Shown one piece after another: positions 8,456 to 17,206 of a stretch of 61,032 nt of DNA; within the stretch, counting starts at the first letter, position 1, and the number at the start of each line of letters is the position of its first letter. Position numbers and translations under genes: made by a program. This DNA comes from a virus (taxonomy: Duplodnaviria > Caudoviricetes): IMG/VR virus record IMGVR_UViG_3300042864_000169, positions 1-61,032 of that record, one strand, 5' to 3'. Under the pieces are notes generated by a model that had not been told where the DNA came from, did no database searches, and worked only from the letters and a program-made list of their open reading frames with translations.

Positions 8456-8502
8456 GTGCGAAAATGCACCCCGTAGCCCTAGGGGCTACAGGCTGAACTC
8501 TA
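8456..8502 (-). ncRNA. structured 5' leader element, copy D
   Basis: AGAGU-UC-AGC-CUGUAGCCC/GGGCUACGG-G-GUGC-AUUUUC-GCAC. Confidence 0.65.
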
Positions 8503-8675
8503 GCTAGAGGGGCAGGGGGATTTCAAACGTTTTACGTACCTGATTAGTCCCTGCCTCAAGACTCTTGTTGGTATCCCCAACTCTGTCTCACTAGGACTTT
8601 GATCAGTAGCCTAGAACTTATCCCCTTTGTCGGTTGGCGGGGAAAACATCTAAAGAACAATCAACCGACAACTGA

Positions 8676-8703
8676 ACTTTAACAGAATGATAGTGCCTGT
8701 CAA
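8676..8703 (-). promoter_or_regulatory. main leftward early promoter TTGACA-N16-TAAAGT with extended TG
   Basis: Perfect -35 and TGtTAAAGT at the head of the early operon. Confidence 0.65.
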
Positions 8704-9077
8704 TACACCTAATATTTATCCGAGTAAACTGTAGGGTTATTAGATTGTGGGTTGGCGGTGGGTTTAGGACATTCTTTATTAGTGTGAATACGTTTTCAGA
8801 CTTGAACTACAAAGTATTCATTTCACTGTAAAAGTAACACTCGGGTCAAAAGTATTAAAAAACGCTCAGAACGGCTCAGGTGAGGCGATCAGGGAGGAGG
8901 TAAGGGGGTAGGTGCTTGGAGGTCTAAAACGGCTCAAAATCGATTCTGATGCGTTCTAGAGCCATGTATCTTTATACAGTTCGCACTTACATTTGAGGTA
9001 TTCAGTAGTACCAAGGTACTCAGTTCTTGGTGTTGTTTTTATGCACTGTATAAGAAATGTATAACATATGTATAAGC

Positions 9078-9168
9078 TGTGGATAACTTGGGGGGTGTGG
9101 ATAAGCTGTGGATAACTTCCTGTGGATAACTTTGACTTATGCACAGGGTGTGGATAAACTGTGCATAA
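9078..9168. promoter_or_regulatory. cluster of 7 DnaA boxes
   Basis: TGTGGATAA at 9078, 9096, 9107, 9121 and 9149; TTATGCACA at 9137; TGTGCATAA at 9160; all fit TTATNCACA. Confidence 0.85.
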
Positions 9169-9241
9169 TACGAACAGTGTGTTTCCCTGCGTTGGTGCGT
9201 GGGAAATGTGTGGTACTTATATATAGATGGAGCGTTTAAAC

Positions 9242-9910
9242 ATGAGCAAGACAAGTCAGGCTGAGTACAGGGCGGAGTTGGATCAGGCAATGGCGGAGGA
9301 GGAGAACTGGGGCGAGGATGTAGACCTAGAAGCCCTTAGCGAAGCGGAACAGTTAGCCCATCTCGCAGAGAAACCTATAAGGAGAAAGGATGGAGAACAT
9401 AAGGGATCAGATGTAAAGAGACCTAAGCCTCTAAGCCCTCGGCAAGTACTGTTTACACAAGGGGTTATACAGGGGAAAAGCCTAAGACAAGCATACAGAG
9501 ATGCCTATGGCAACGACACAGGATCAGATGCAAGTATTAGTGCCAGTGCTAACAAGCTAATGAAAGATCCAAGGATCAAAGTAATACTAGAGGAAGCATG
9601 GGAGGAGACAGCAGAACACCTGAGTGAGGACATCTCAGCGTCTAAACGATATGTGCTGAAAGGGTTGCTTGCACTAAGCAAGAAAGCCAAGCAAGAGGGT
9701 ACTAAATTAAAAGCACTGGAACTGATGGGCAAAGCCTGTGGGCTGTTCACCCCGACAGACGTGCAAGACAAGGCAGTGATCACCGCAGATCAATTGAAGC
9801 GGGAACTTGCAGGGCACATTAAGTTACTAGAGCAGGGCAAGGCTTCTGTGCTAGACGTAGACGCAAAGCGTTTAAACGAGAGGATACCAGTAGCGCAGGA
9901 GGGCGTGTAA
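9242..9910 (+). CDS. terS: terminase small subunit
   Basis: LSPRQVLFTQGVIQGKSLRQAYRDAY...ANKLMKDPRI HTH and KLKALELMGK; upstream of terL; GGAG RBS favours ATG 9242. Confidence 0.8.
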   Translation: MSKTSQAEYRAELDQAMAEEENWGEDVDLEALSEAEQLAHLAEKPIRRKDGEHKGSDVKRPKPLSPRQVLFTQGVIQGKSLRQAYRDAYGNDTGSDASISASANKLMKDPRIKVILEEAWEETAEHLSEDISASKRYVLKGLLALSKKAKQEGTKLKALELMGKACGLFTPTDVQDKAVITADQLKRELAGHIKLLEQGKASVLDVDAKRLNERIPVAQEGV

Positions 9911-10079
9911 ACGTGGGCGTGGGCGTGACCCACCCGCCCCCGACCCCCACGTGTGGCGAGCCGACACCCCTCCCGCGTATACGCTCTAATCCACACACCC
10001 AAATACATTCCACAGAACACCCCCCCCTTGTCTTTCCAATTCGCCTACCCCGGGGGTATATATATTTTCAGAAAAGGTA

Positions 10080-10108
10080 TTGCGAACGTTCGTGTTTGCG
10101 TTTAAACT
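10080..10108 (+). promoter_or_regulatory. promoter TTGCGA-N17-TAAACT containing palindrome CGAACGTTCG
   Basis: 17-bp spacer; -10 overlaps GTTTAAAC; predicted start about 10115. Confidence 0.6.
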
Positions 10109-10114
10109 ACAAAC

Positions 10115-10268
10115 GTTGGTGAATGCGTAGGCTGATACGCACATACGAACGACACTCGGATGTTCGGCGCTATGCGTTGGCAAGTCCCTTAACGGCATCT
10201 TGGAGATCTAGTAGTTAACCCTTGTCTTGCGAGGCTGGGGATGCCGGAGTTCAGTACCGGCTGCCAAC
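10115..10268 (+). ncRNA. tRNA-shaped structured RNA with kissing loops
   Basis: GTTGGTG/TGCCAAC closing stem; TGCGTA-GGCTGA-TACGCA arm; GCCGG-AGTTCAGTA-CCGGC arm; loops complementary. Confidence 0.65.
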
Positions 10269-10341
10269 TTATATGAAGGCACATTGTGGTTGACAACCAA
10301 ACTGGAGCAGTTAGTCGCCGCACTGGGCAGTGTGCCCTCAT

Positions 10342-10572
10342 ATGAGTAAACGCAGACAGCTAGTCTTGGACTTCATCCGTGCATACATTCGGTTGCACGG
10401 TGTATCTCCATCTTACGAGGTTATTGCTAAAGGGATTGGATTGAAATCTAAGTCAAATATCCACAGGATTGTTCATCGGTTAAAGACCGACGGACACATT
10501 GTGACCAAGCCTTATAAGTTCCATGCTATTAAGTTGGTGGATACCTCGGTAAAGGCTGTAGCACGTCTATGA
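10342..10572 (+). CDS. LexA N-terminal-like winged-HTH protein (no peptidase domain)
   Basis: MSKRRQLVLDFIRAYIRLHGVSPSYEVIAKGIGLKSKSNIHRIVHRLKTDGHI. Confidence 0.85.
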   Translation: MSKRRQLVLDFIRAYIRLHGVSPSYEVIAKGIGLKSKSNIHRIVHRLKTDGHIVTKPYKFHAIKLVDTSVKAVARL

Positions 10573-12068
10573 GTCTACTGACCCACGCAGAGATTAAGAA
10601 CTACATGGCAATGGTTCCCAAGGCTTCGCCGGAGAACCGTGCAAAGATTCAGGCTTTGCTGGAGATGGACAAAATTGAAAGATCCAAAGAATCCTTTTTG
10701 TACTTCGTGACGCAGATGTGGCCCATCTTCATATCGGGATCCCACCACAAGATCATGTCTGATGCTTTTGAGCGGGTAGCTAACGGGGAGCTTAAGAGAT
10801 TAATCATTAACATGCCTCCCCGGCATACCAAGTCTGAGTTTGCTTCCTTCCTGTTGCCTGCGTGGTTTCTGGGGAAGTTTCCTCAGAAGAAGATCATTCA
10901 GACTGCACACACCGCAGAACTTGCCACAGGTTTTGGACGAAAGGTTAGGAATCTTGTTTCATCTGAACAGTATCAGAAGGTATTTCAAACTAAGCTATCG
11001 AGCGATTCAAAAGCCGCAGGTCGCTGGAATACTAACGTGGGTGGTGATTATTTCGCTATTGGCGTTGGGGGTGCTGTCACAGGTAAAGGAGCCGATCTTT
11101 TAATCATTGATGACCCGCATTCTGAGCAGGAAGCCAAGCAAGCTAACCCCGCAGTGTTTGACGGGGTCTATGAGTGGTTCACTTCCGGCCCTCGTCAGCG
11201 ATTACAGCCGGGTGGAGCCATCATTATTGTGATGACTCGGTGGTCTAAGCGAGATTTGACCGGTCAGATCCTCAAAAACTCCGATAAAGATGGCGTAGAT
11301 CAGTGGGAAGTCATTGATTTTCCCGCAATTATGCCCAACGGGAACCCTTTATGGCCCGGATTCTGGTCTAAAACAGCTCTAGAAGCCTTGAAAGCCGAGC
11401 TTCCCGTCTCTAAATGGGAAGCGCAGTACCAACAGAACCCCACATCCGAGGAAGGCGCAATCATTAAGCGCGAACATTGGATGATTTGGGAGGAAAAACG
11501 ACCCCCTGAGTGCGAATACATCATTCAATCTTGGGATACTGCGTTTGAAAAGAATAATAGGGCAGACTATTCAGCCTGTACAACGTGGGGTGTCTTCCAA
11601 CATCCCGACAAACAGGGGAATTTGAAGGCCAACATCATCCTTCTGGACGCATTCAAGGAGCGTATGGAGTTCCCTGATCTAAAGCGCAAGGCTTTAGAGA
11701 TATACAAGGAATATGAACCCGACACTTTGATTGTAGAGAAGCGGGCAGCAGGCGCTCCGTTGATCTACGAGATGAGAAAGATGGGAATTCCGGTTGCGGA
11801 GTATACGCCGGGCAAAGGAAACGATAAGATATCGCGTGTAAACGCTATCTCTGCTTTGTTTGAATCTAGCATGGTGTGGTGTCCTGAAACCCGATGGGCT
11901 GAAGAAGTGATGGATGAGTTGGCTTCTTTCCCTAATGGAGACCACGACGACCTTGTTGACTCAAGCAGTCAGGCTTTGATGCGATTTCGCTTGGGAGGTT
12001 TCATCTCCATTGATTCTGATGAAGAAGATGAACCTTTTTACCGTCGTAGAAAAGTAGAGTACTACTAA
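10569..12068 (+). CDS. terL: terminase large subunit
   Basis: MPPRHTKS Walker A variant, LLIIDDP Walker B, YQQNP, SWDTA/DYSA and HDDLVD nuclease motifs. Confidence 0.95.
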   Translation: MSLLTHAEIKNYMAMVPKASPENRAKIQALLEMDKIERSKESFLYFVTQMWPIFISGSHHKIMSDAFERVANGELKRLIINMPPRHTKSEFASFLLPAWFLGKFPQKKIIQTAHTAELATGFGRKVRNLVSSEQYQKVFQTKLSSDSKAAGRWNTNVGGDYFAIGVGGAVTGKGADLLIIDDPHSEQEAKQANPAVFDGVYEWFTSGPRQRLQPGGAIIIVMTRWSKRDLTGQILKNSDKDGVDQWEVIDFPAIMPNGNPLWPGFWSKTALEALKAELPVSKWEAQYQQNPTSEEGAIIKREHWMIWEEKRPPECEYIIQSWDTAFEKNNRADYSACTTWGVFQHPDKQGNLKANIILLDAFKERMEFPDLKRKALEIYKEYEPDTLIVEKRAAGAPLIYEMRKMGIPVAEYTPGKGNDKISRVNAISALFESSMVWCPETRWAEEVMDELASFPNGDHDDLVDSSSQALMRFRLGGFISIDSDEEDEPFYRRRKVEYY

Positions 12069-12076
12069 GGAACAAT

Positions 12077-14566
12077 ATGAGCATTGAACAATCATTAAAT
12101 CCCGCTCCATTAGGTTTAAACGCTTTGGAGATGGATGACAGCCCGGCAATGGAGATTGAGATTGTCAACCCCGAGGGTCTTAAGATTGGTATTGACGGCG
12201 TAGAGATTGACCTCATGCCAGAGACCGAGGAAGAGGAAAACTTTGACGACAACCTCGCAGAGTACATGGATGACAGTGAACTTCAAAAGATTTCCAGTGA
12301 TCTAATTGAAATGATTGATACAGACGTTAACTCCCGAAAAGATTGGGTGGAGATGTATGTCAAAGGTCTTGATGTTTTGGGGATGAAGTATGAAGAACGA
12401 ACAGAACCTTGGCTCGGAGCCTGTGGAGTTTTTTCTACAGTACTTACTGAAGCGGCGGTCAGGTTTCAAAGTGAAACGATTATTGAGACTTTCCCGGCTC
12501 AAGGCCCTGTCAAAACGGAAATCATTGGTGCAATTGATAAACTTAAGGAAGAGGCTGCGGAGCGTGTCAAAGATGACATGAACTACAGATTGACGGAAGG
12601 TATGCCTGAGTATCGTCCAGAGCATGAACGCCTTCTGTACTCTCTAGGTCTGGCTGGCGCAGCATTTAAAAAGGTCTACTACGATCCTTCCTTGGGCCGT
12701 CAAGCTTCTATTTTCATCCCCGCAGAGGATGTAATTATTCCTTACGGTGCTTCTAGTGCCATGACTTCCGAGCGTGTGACTCACATCATGCGCAAGACAA
12801 AAAATGACATTCGCAAGCTTCAAGTCTCCGGTTTTTACTTAGACAAAGAACTTGGAGAACCTCTTCAGTTTTACACTGACGTAGAGAAGAAGAAAGCCGA
12901 AGACCAAGGCTACAACCTCAATGACGACGACCGCTACCAGATCTATGAGATCCACGTAGACTACGACCTGCCCGGTTATGAAGATGAAGACGGCATTGCT
13001 CTTCCTTACGTCATTACCCTAGAGCGAGGTACGACTGAGATTCTCTCCATCCGCAGAAACTGGGATGAAGACGACAAACACAAGCTTAAGCGCCAGCATT
13101 TTGTCCAGTACACCTACGTGCCCGGATTTGGAGCTTATGGTCTAGGTCTTATCCACCTGATCGGTGGTTATGCCCGTGCGGGTACATCTATTATTCGTCA
13201 GTTGGTGGACGCGGGTACTCTGTCTAATCTGCCCGGAGGTTTGAAGACTCGGGGACTACGAATCAAAGGAGATGACACTCCCATCCAGCCGGGTGAGTTC
13301 CGTGATGTAGACGTTCCTAGCGGATCAGTCAAAGAGAACATCATGGCCCTGCCATACAAAGAACCTTCTCAGGTTCTCTTGGCTCTCTTGAACCAGATCA
13401 CAGACGAAGGCAGGAGACTCGGATCAATCGCAGATATGAACATCAGCGATATGTCAGCTAACTCTCCCGTAGGTACAACTTTAGCATTACTTGAGCGCCA
13501 GCTTAAGACAATGTCTGCGGTGCAGGCTCGTGTTCATTATTCAATGAAGCAAGAGTTTAAACTGCTCAAAGAAATCATCCGTGACTACATGCCGGAGGAT
13601 TACGACTACACGCCTGTGTTTGGTACGCCCCAAGCTAAACGGGCTGACTATGACATGGTGGATGTTATCCCCGTATCAGATCCTAATTCAGCCACGATGG
13701 CTCAACGGATCATGCAGTATCAGGCTGTCATTCAGTTGGCACAAGGCGCTCCACAGATCTACAACCTCCCTTTGCTGCACCGCCAGATGATTGAAGTCTT
13801 AGGCGTTAAGAATGCGGATAAGCTTGTACCTGTAGATGATGATCTAACACCACGAGATCCAATCTCAGAGAACATGGCTTTCTTGACTGGAAAGCCAACT
13901 AAAGCATTCATTTACCAAGATCACGACGCTCACATTGCTGTACATACATCAATGATGCAGGATCCTATGGTGATGGGTCAGATGGGTCAAAACCCAATGG
14001 CTCAACAGATGCAGGCTGCAATCATGGCCCACGTAGCTGAACACATTGCCTTCCAGTACAGAACCAAGATTGAGCAACGCCTTGGCGCTACTCTACCGAT
14101 GCCAAACATTGAGATGCCCGAGGATGTTGAGGTTCAGTTGTCTAAGTTGGTTGCACAGGCGGCAAAACAACTCTTGGACATCAACAAGAACCAAGCAGCC
14201 CAACAGCAAGCCCAACAGCAGATGCAAGACCCCGTCATGCAGATGCAGCAAGCCGAGTTGCAAATCAAGCAACAAGATGCTCAAACCAAAGCGCAGAAAG
14301 TTCAAGGCGACTTGGCTATTAAGCAGGCAGAGCTTCAACTCAAAATGGCGCAGATGCAAGGCGCACAAGGCGAAGACCCTGCTGCTGCCGCACAAAAAGC
14401 CCAGCAAGACATTGCAATTGATGCCATGAAAAAACAGGCAGAAATGCGCATGTCTGAACAACAACATCAGCAGCAGTTGGAACACAACCAACAAACGCAG
14501 GACTTGCAGGCTAAACAACAGCTTTTACAGATGCTTTTAAACGCAAAACGTACCGGGGGTGAATGA
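12077..14566 (+). CDS. portal protein
   Basis: Directly after terL; 829 aa; GAAFKKVYYD; Q-rich C-terminal coiled coil as in P22-like portals. Confidence 0.85.
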   Translation: MSIEQSLNPAPLGLNALEMDDSPAMEIEIVNPEGLKIGIDGVEIDLMPETEEEENFDDNLAEYMDDSELQKISSDLIEMIDTDVNSRKDWVEMYVKGLDVLGMKYEERTEPWLGACGVFSTVLTEAAVRFQSETIIETFPAQGPVKTEIIGAIDKLKEEAAERVKDDMNYRLTEGMPEYRPEHERLLYSLGLAGAAFKKVYYDPSLGRQASIFIPAEDVIIPYGASSAMTSERVTHIMRKTKNDIRKLQVSGFYLDKELGEPLQFYTDVEKKKAEDQGYNLNDDDRYQIYEIHVDYDLPGYEDEDGIALPYVITLERGTTEILSIRRNWDEDDKHKLKRQHFVQYTYVPGFGAYGLGLIHLIGGYARAGTSIIRQLVDAGTLSNLPGGLKTRGLRIKGDDTPIQPGEFRDVDVPSGSVKENIMALPYKEPSQVLLALLNQITDEGRRLGSIADMNISDMSANSPVGTTLALLERQLKTMSAVQARVHYSMKQEFKLLKEIIRDYMPEDYDYTPVFGTPQAKRADYDMVDVIPVSDPNSATMAQRIMQYQAVIQLAQGAPQIYNLPLLHRQMIEVLGVKNADKLVPVDDDLTPRDPISENMAFLTGKPTKAFIYQDHDAHIAVHTSMMQDPMVMGQMGQNPMAQQMQAAIMAHVAEHIAFQYRTKIEQRLGATLPMPNIEMPEDVEVQLSKLVAQAAKQLLDINKNQAAQQQAQQQMQDPVMQMQQAELQIKQQDAQTKAQKVQGDLAIKQAELQLKMAQMQGAQGEDPAAAAQKAQQDIAIDAMKKQAEMRMSEQQHQQQLEHNQQTQDLQAKQQLLQMLLNAKRTGGE

Positions 14567-14760
14567 TGGACAAACTGCTTGAGAGTTTAAACAAAAAGCT
14601 TGATGAACATGTCAAGCAGTTAGTCGATGTTGTCAGTGGTGGTGGTGCTAAATCCCACGATCACTACAAAGAACTGTGCGGGACAATCCGAGGTCTGCAA
14701 ACCGCGCAGTATGAACTTGCTGACCTTGTGCGTAAAACGAAAGACTATGACGATGACTGA
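14563..14760 (+). CDS. small conserved head-module protein
   Basis: ORF track; YKELCGTIRGL; overlapping start/stop. Confidence 0.7.
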   Translation: MMDKLLESLNKKLDEHVKQLVDVVSGGGAKSHDHYKELCGTIRGLQTAQYELADLVRKTKDYDDD

Positions 14761-15157
14761 ATTTGATGTCAGTGCGGTAGATCTCAGTGGAGTGCTTAAC
14801 ACCTCCCCTGAAGAGAAAGCCAAACAAGTGCCTGATCCGGCTACTTACCACATTCTTTGTATGCTTCCAAAAGCAGAAGATGAATACAGTGAAACAGGGA
14901 TCCTTAAATCTGCAACTGCAATTCTTCACGAGGAGCTTTTATCCCCCGTGCTGTTTGTAGCCAAGATTGGCCCCGATGCGTTTAAAGACGCAGCCCGCTT
15001 CCCTTCAGGCCCAGCCTGCAAAGTGGGAGACTTTGTGTTAGTACGTCCTAACACGGGAACCCGCATGAAGATTCACGGAACGGAGTGGAGATTAATTAAC
15101 GACGATTCTATTCAGGCAGTTGTGCAAGACCCTCGCGGCATCCAGCGACCTAACTAA
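14747..15157 (+). CDS. GroES-like co-chaperonin
   Basis: TGIL, VAKIGPDAF, CKVGDFVLV, RLINDDSIQAVV; real start 14747 or 14753. Confidence 0.8.
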   Translation: MTMTEFDVSAVDLSGVLNTSPEEKAKQVPDPATYHILCMLPKAEDEYSETGILKSATAILHEELLSPVLFVAKIGPDAFKDAARFPSGPACKVGDFVLVRPNTGTRMKIHGTEWRLINDDSIQAVVQDPRGIQRPN

Positions 15158-15166
15158 GGAAAAATC

Positions 15167-16120
15167 ATGGCTGAAATTGAAAAAACAGAATTTGAGTTTC
15201 CTGATGAAAAGGAAGATAACCTCCGAAAGGGCGGGAAAGTTGTAACTCCAGAAGGAGACACCCCTGAAATTGAAGTCGTAGACGATACCCCGGAAGAGGA
15301 TCGTTACCGCACTCCAATGAAGGAAGCTCCGCAAGATCCTACAGAAGAAGAGTTAGCAACCTACTCTGAGAGCGTCAAGAATAGGTTTAAACACTTCACC
15401 AAGGGATATCACGAAGAACGCAGAGCCAAAGAGTCTGCCGAGCGTGAAAAAGAAGAGGCTCTTCGCCTTGCTCAGGCAATGTTTGAAGAAAACAAAAAGC
15501 TCAAAGGCTCCGTCAATCAAGGGCAGACTGTTCTCTTGGAACAAGCCAAGAAGGTCATTAACTCCGAGATTGAAGAAGCTAAACGGCTCTATAAAGAAGC
15601 TTACGAGTCTGGAGATGCTGATAAGTTGTTGGATGCTCAGGAAGCACTCACTACTGCCAGAATCCGCGCAGACAAAGTAAATAATTTTAGACCCGCCCCT
15701 TTACAAGAGGAAGAAACTCCTGTACAAATAGCACCACAACCTCAACAGGCAGCGCCCGTTGACGAAAAACTACTAGCGTGGCAAGACCAAAATCAGTGGT
15801 TTGGAAGCAACAAACGCATGACTTCATATGCTTTAGGGCTACATGAGGAACTTGTTGAGAATGGTATTAGGGTTGGCAGTGATGAATACTATCGTCGTAT
15901 TGACACTGACATCCGTGAAAGATTCCCCGACCAAGTTGGAGCCGGAGAATCCGCTGATGCGAAACCTCAGCGAACCAAGTCCAATGTTGTTTCACCGGCT
16001 ACCCGTAGCACAGCGCCTAAAAAGATCGTGCTAACGCAGACGCAAGTGAATCTCGCCAAGCGGTTGGGAGTTCCTTTGGAACTGTACGCCCGTAAGGTTG
16101 CTGAAGAAATGAGGAAATAA
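15167..16120 (+). CDS. capsid scaffolding protein
   Basis: Acidic coiled coil, C-terminal AKRLGVPLELYA; between portal and capsid. Confidence 0.75.
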   Translation: MAEIEKTEFEFPDEKEDNLRKGGKVVTPEGDTPEIEVVDDTPEEDRYRTPMKEAPQDPTEEELATYSESVKNRFKHFTKGYHEERRAKESAEREKEEALRLAQAMFEENKKLKGSVNQGQTVLLEQAKKVINSEIEEAKRLYKEAYESGDADKLLDAQEALTTARIRADKVNNFRPAPLQEEETPVQIAPQPQQAAPVDEKLLAWQDQNQWFGSNKRMTSYALGLHEELVENGIRVGSDEYYRRIDTDIRERFPDQVGAGESADAKPQRTKSNVVSPATRSTAPKKIVLTQTQVNLAKRLGVPLELYARKVAEEMRK

Positions 16121-16122
16121 TT

Positions 16123-16575
16123 ATGGAAAAATCTGCACGTCCTAGTCGTGATCTATCTACCCGCGAAGTAGCGGAACGTCCAAAACAATGGATGCCTCCT
16201 AAACTTCTCCCCGATCCAATCGCGGAAGAAGGCTACAAATATCGGTGGATTCGTATCGCTGTACAAGGTAAAGACGATGGAACCAATTATTCTTCTAAGC
16301 TTGCCGAGGGTTGGGAACCCGTTAGAGCCTCTGATCATCCCGAGATTCGTTTGTTTAGCTCTGCTGCGGCAAAGTTTCCAGACAGTATCGAGGTAGGTGG
16401 TCTCTTGCTTTGCAAAACACCTGTAGAGTTTACTGAACAACGTAATGCGTATTATCGCCAACAAGCGGATGCGCAAATGGAATCAGTTGACAATACATAC
16501 ATGCGCGAGAATGATCCGAGGATGCCTATGTTCAAAGAACGTAAGTCCACGGTCACTTTCGGAAAAGGTACTTAA
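16123..16575 (+). CDS. conserved head-module protein
   Basis: ORF track; YRWIR, EGWEPV, GGLLLCK. Confidence 0.7.
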   Translation: MEKSARPSRDLSTREVAERPKQWMPPKLLPDPIAEEGYKYRWIRIAVQGKDDGTNYSSKLAEGWEPVRASDHPEIRLFSSAAAKFPDSIEVGGLLLCKTPVEFTEQRNAYYRQQADAQMESVDNTYMRENDPRMPMFKERKSTVTFGKGT

Positions 16576-16592
16576 TTTTTTAGGAGTCTTAA

Positions 16593-17195
16593 ATGGCAAC
16601 TACTGCTGCACCCTATGGGCTACGACCCATAAATCGTATCGACGGCATGCCCTATGCTGGCGCTACGAGTCAATTCTTAATCGATCCTGCTGGCGAAGGT
16701 ACTAACTTGTTTTATGGACAAGTTGTTATCATCGGCGCTGACGGTTATATTGCTTTGTCTACCGCTACCGGCGCAGATTTGACTACCAATAACCTTGGTG
16801 GTAATAATCTTGGTGCTATCGGCGTGTTTGTAGGCTGTTCGTACATTAACGCACAAGGCCAGCAAATTTACGGTCAGTACTACCCCTCCGGCACAACCGG
16901 CGTGGTAACTGCGTATGTTGTAACGGATGACAGCGTAACTTTCCAAGCGCAACTGGACGGCGTTGCTGACCAGTCGGATCTTGGTGCTAACACTTTCTTT
17001 GCTGCCGTACAGTCCACTTCTACAGGTTCTACCCGTACAGGTAACTCGACCAGCGCATTAGAGTCAACCACTCAGACCGCTGCTGCTGCGTTTAAAATTA
17101 TCGGCTTTGCATCTCCTGTGACTGACGCTTTCCCAGATGTTCTGGTTAAGTTCAATCCCGGCGCACACGCCTTCAGCAACGCCGTTGGCATCTAA
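16593..17195 (+). CDS. capsid decoration/cement-like protein
   Basis: APYGLRP start, beta-rich, immediately upstream of the major capsid gene. Confidence 0.6.
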   Translation: MATTAAPYGLRPINRIDGMPYAGATSQFLIDPAGEGTNLFYGQVVIIGADGYIALSTATGADLTTNNLGGNNLGAIGVFVGCSYINAQGQQIYGQYYPSGTTGVVTAYVVTDDSVTFQAQLDGVADQSDLGANTFFAAVQSTSTGSTRTGNSTSALESTTQTAAAAFKIIGFASPVTDAFPDVLVKFNPGAHAFSNAVGI

Positions 17196-17206
17196 GGAGC
17201 TAAATC

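Noticed and set aside
6432-8502. Hammerhead, HDV/theta or pistol ribozyme identity for the repeated leader element
   Set aside because: No CUGANGA/GAAA core, and the stem order does not fit those folds as far as I can judge by eye; left unassigned.
8956-9290. Minus-strand ORFs 8956-9144 and 9039-9290
   Set aside because: They run across the DnaA-box cluster, lack RBSs, and their peptides merely translate the boxes.
10115-10268. Canonical tRNA or tmRNA
   Set aside because: No anticodon arm, no TTCRA 7-nt T loop, no CCA, and too short for tmRNA.
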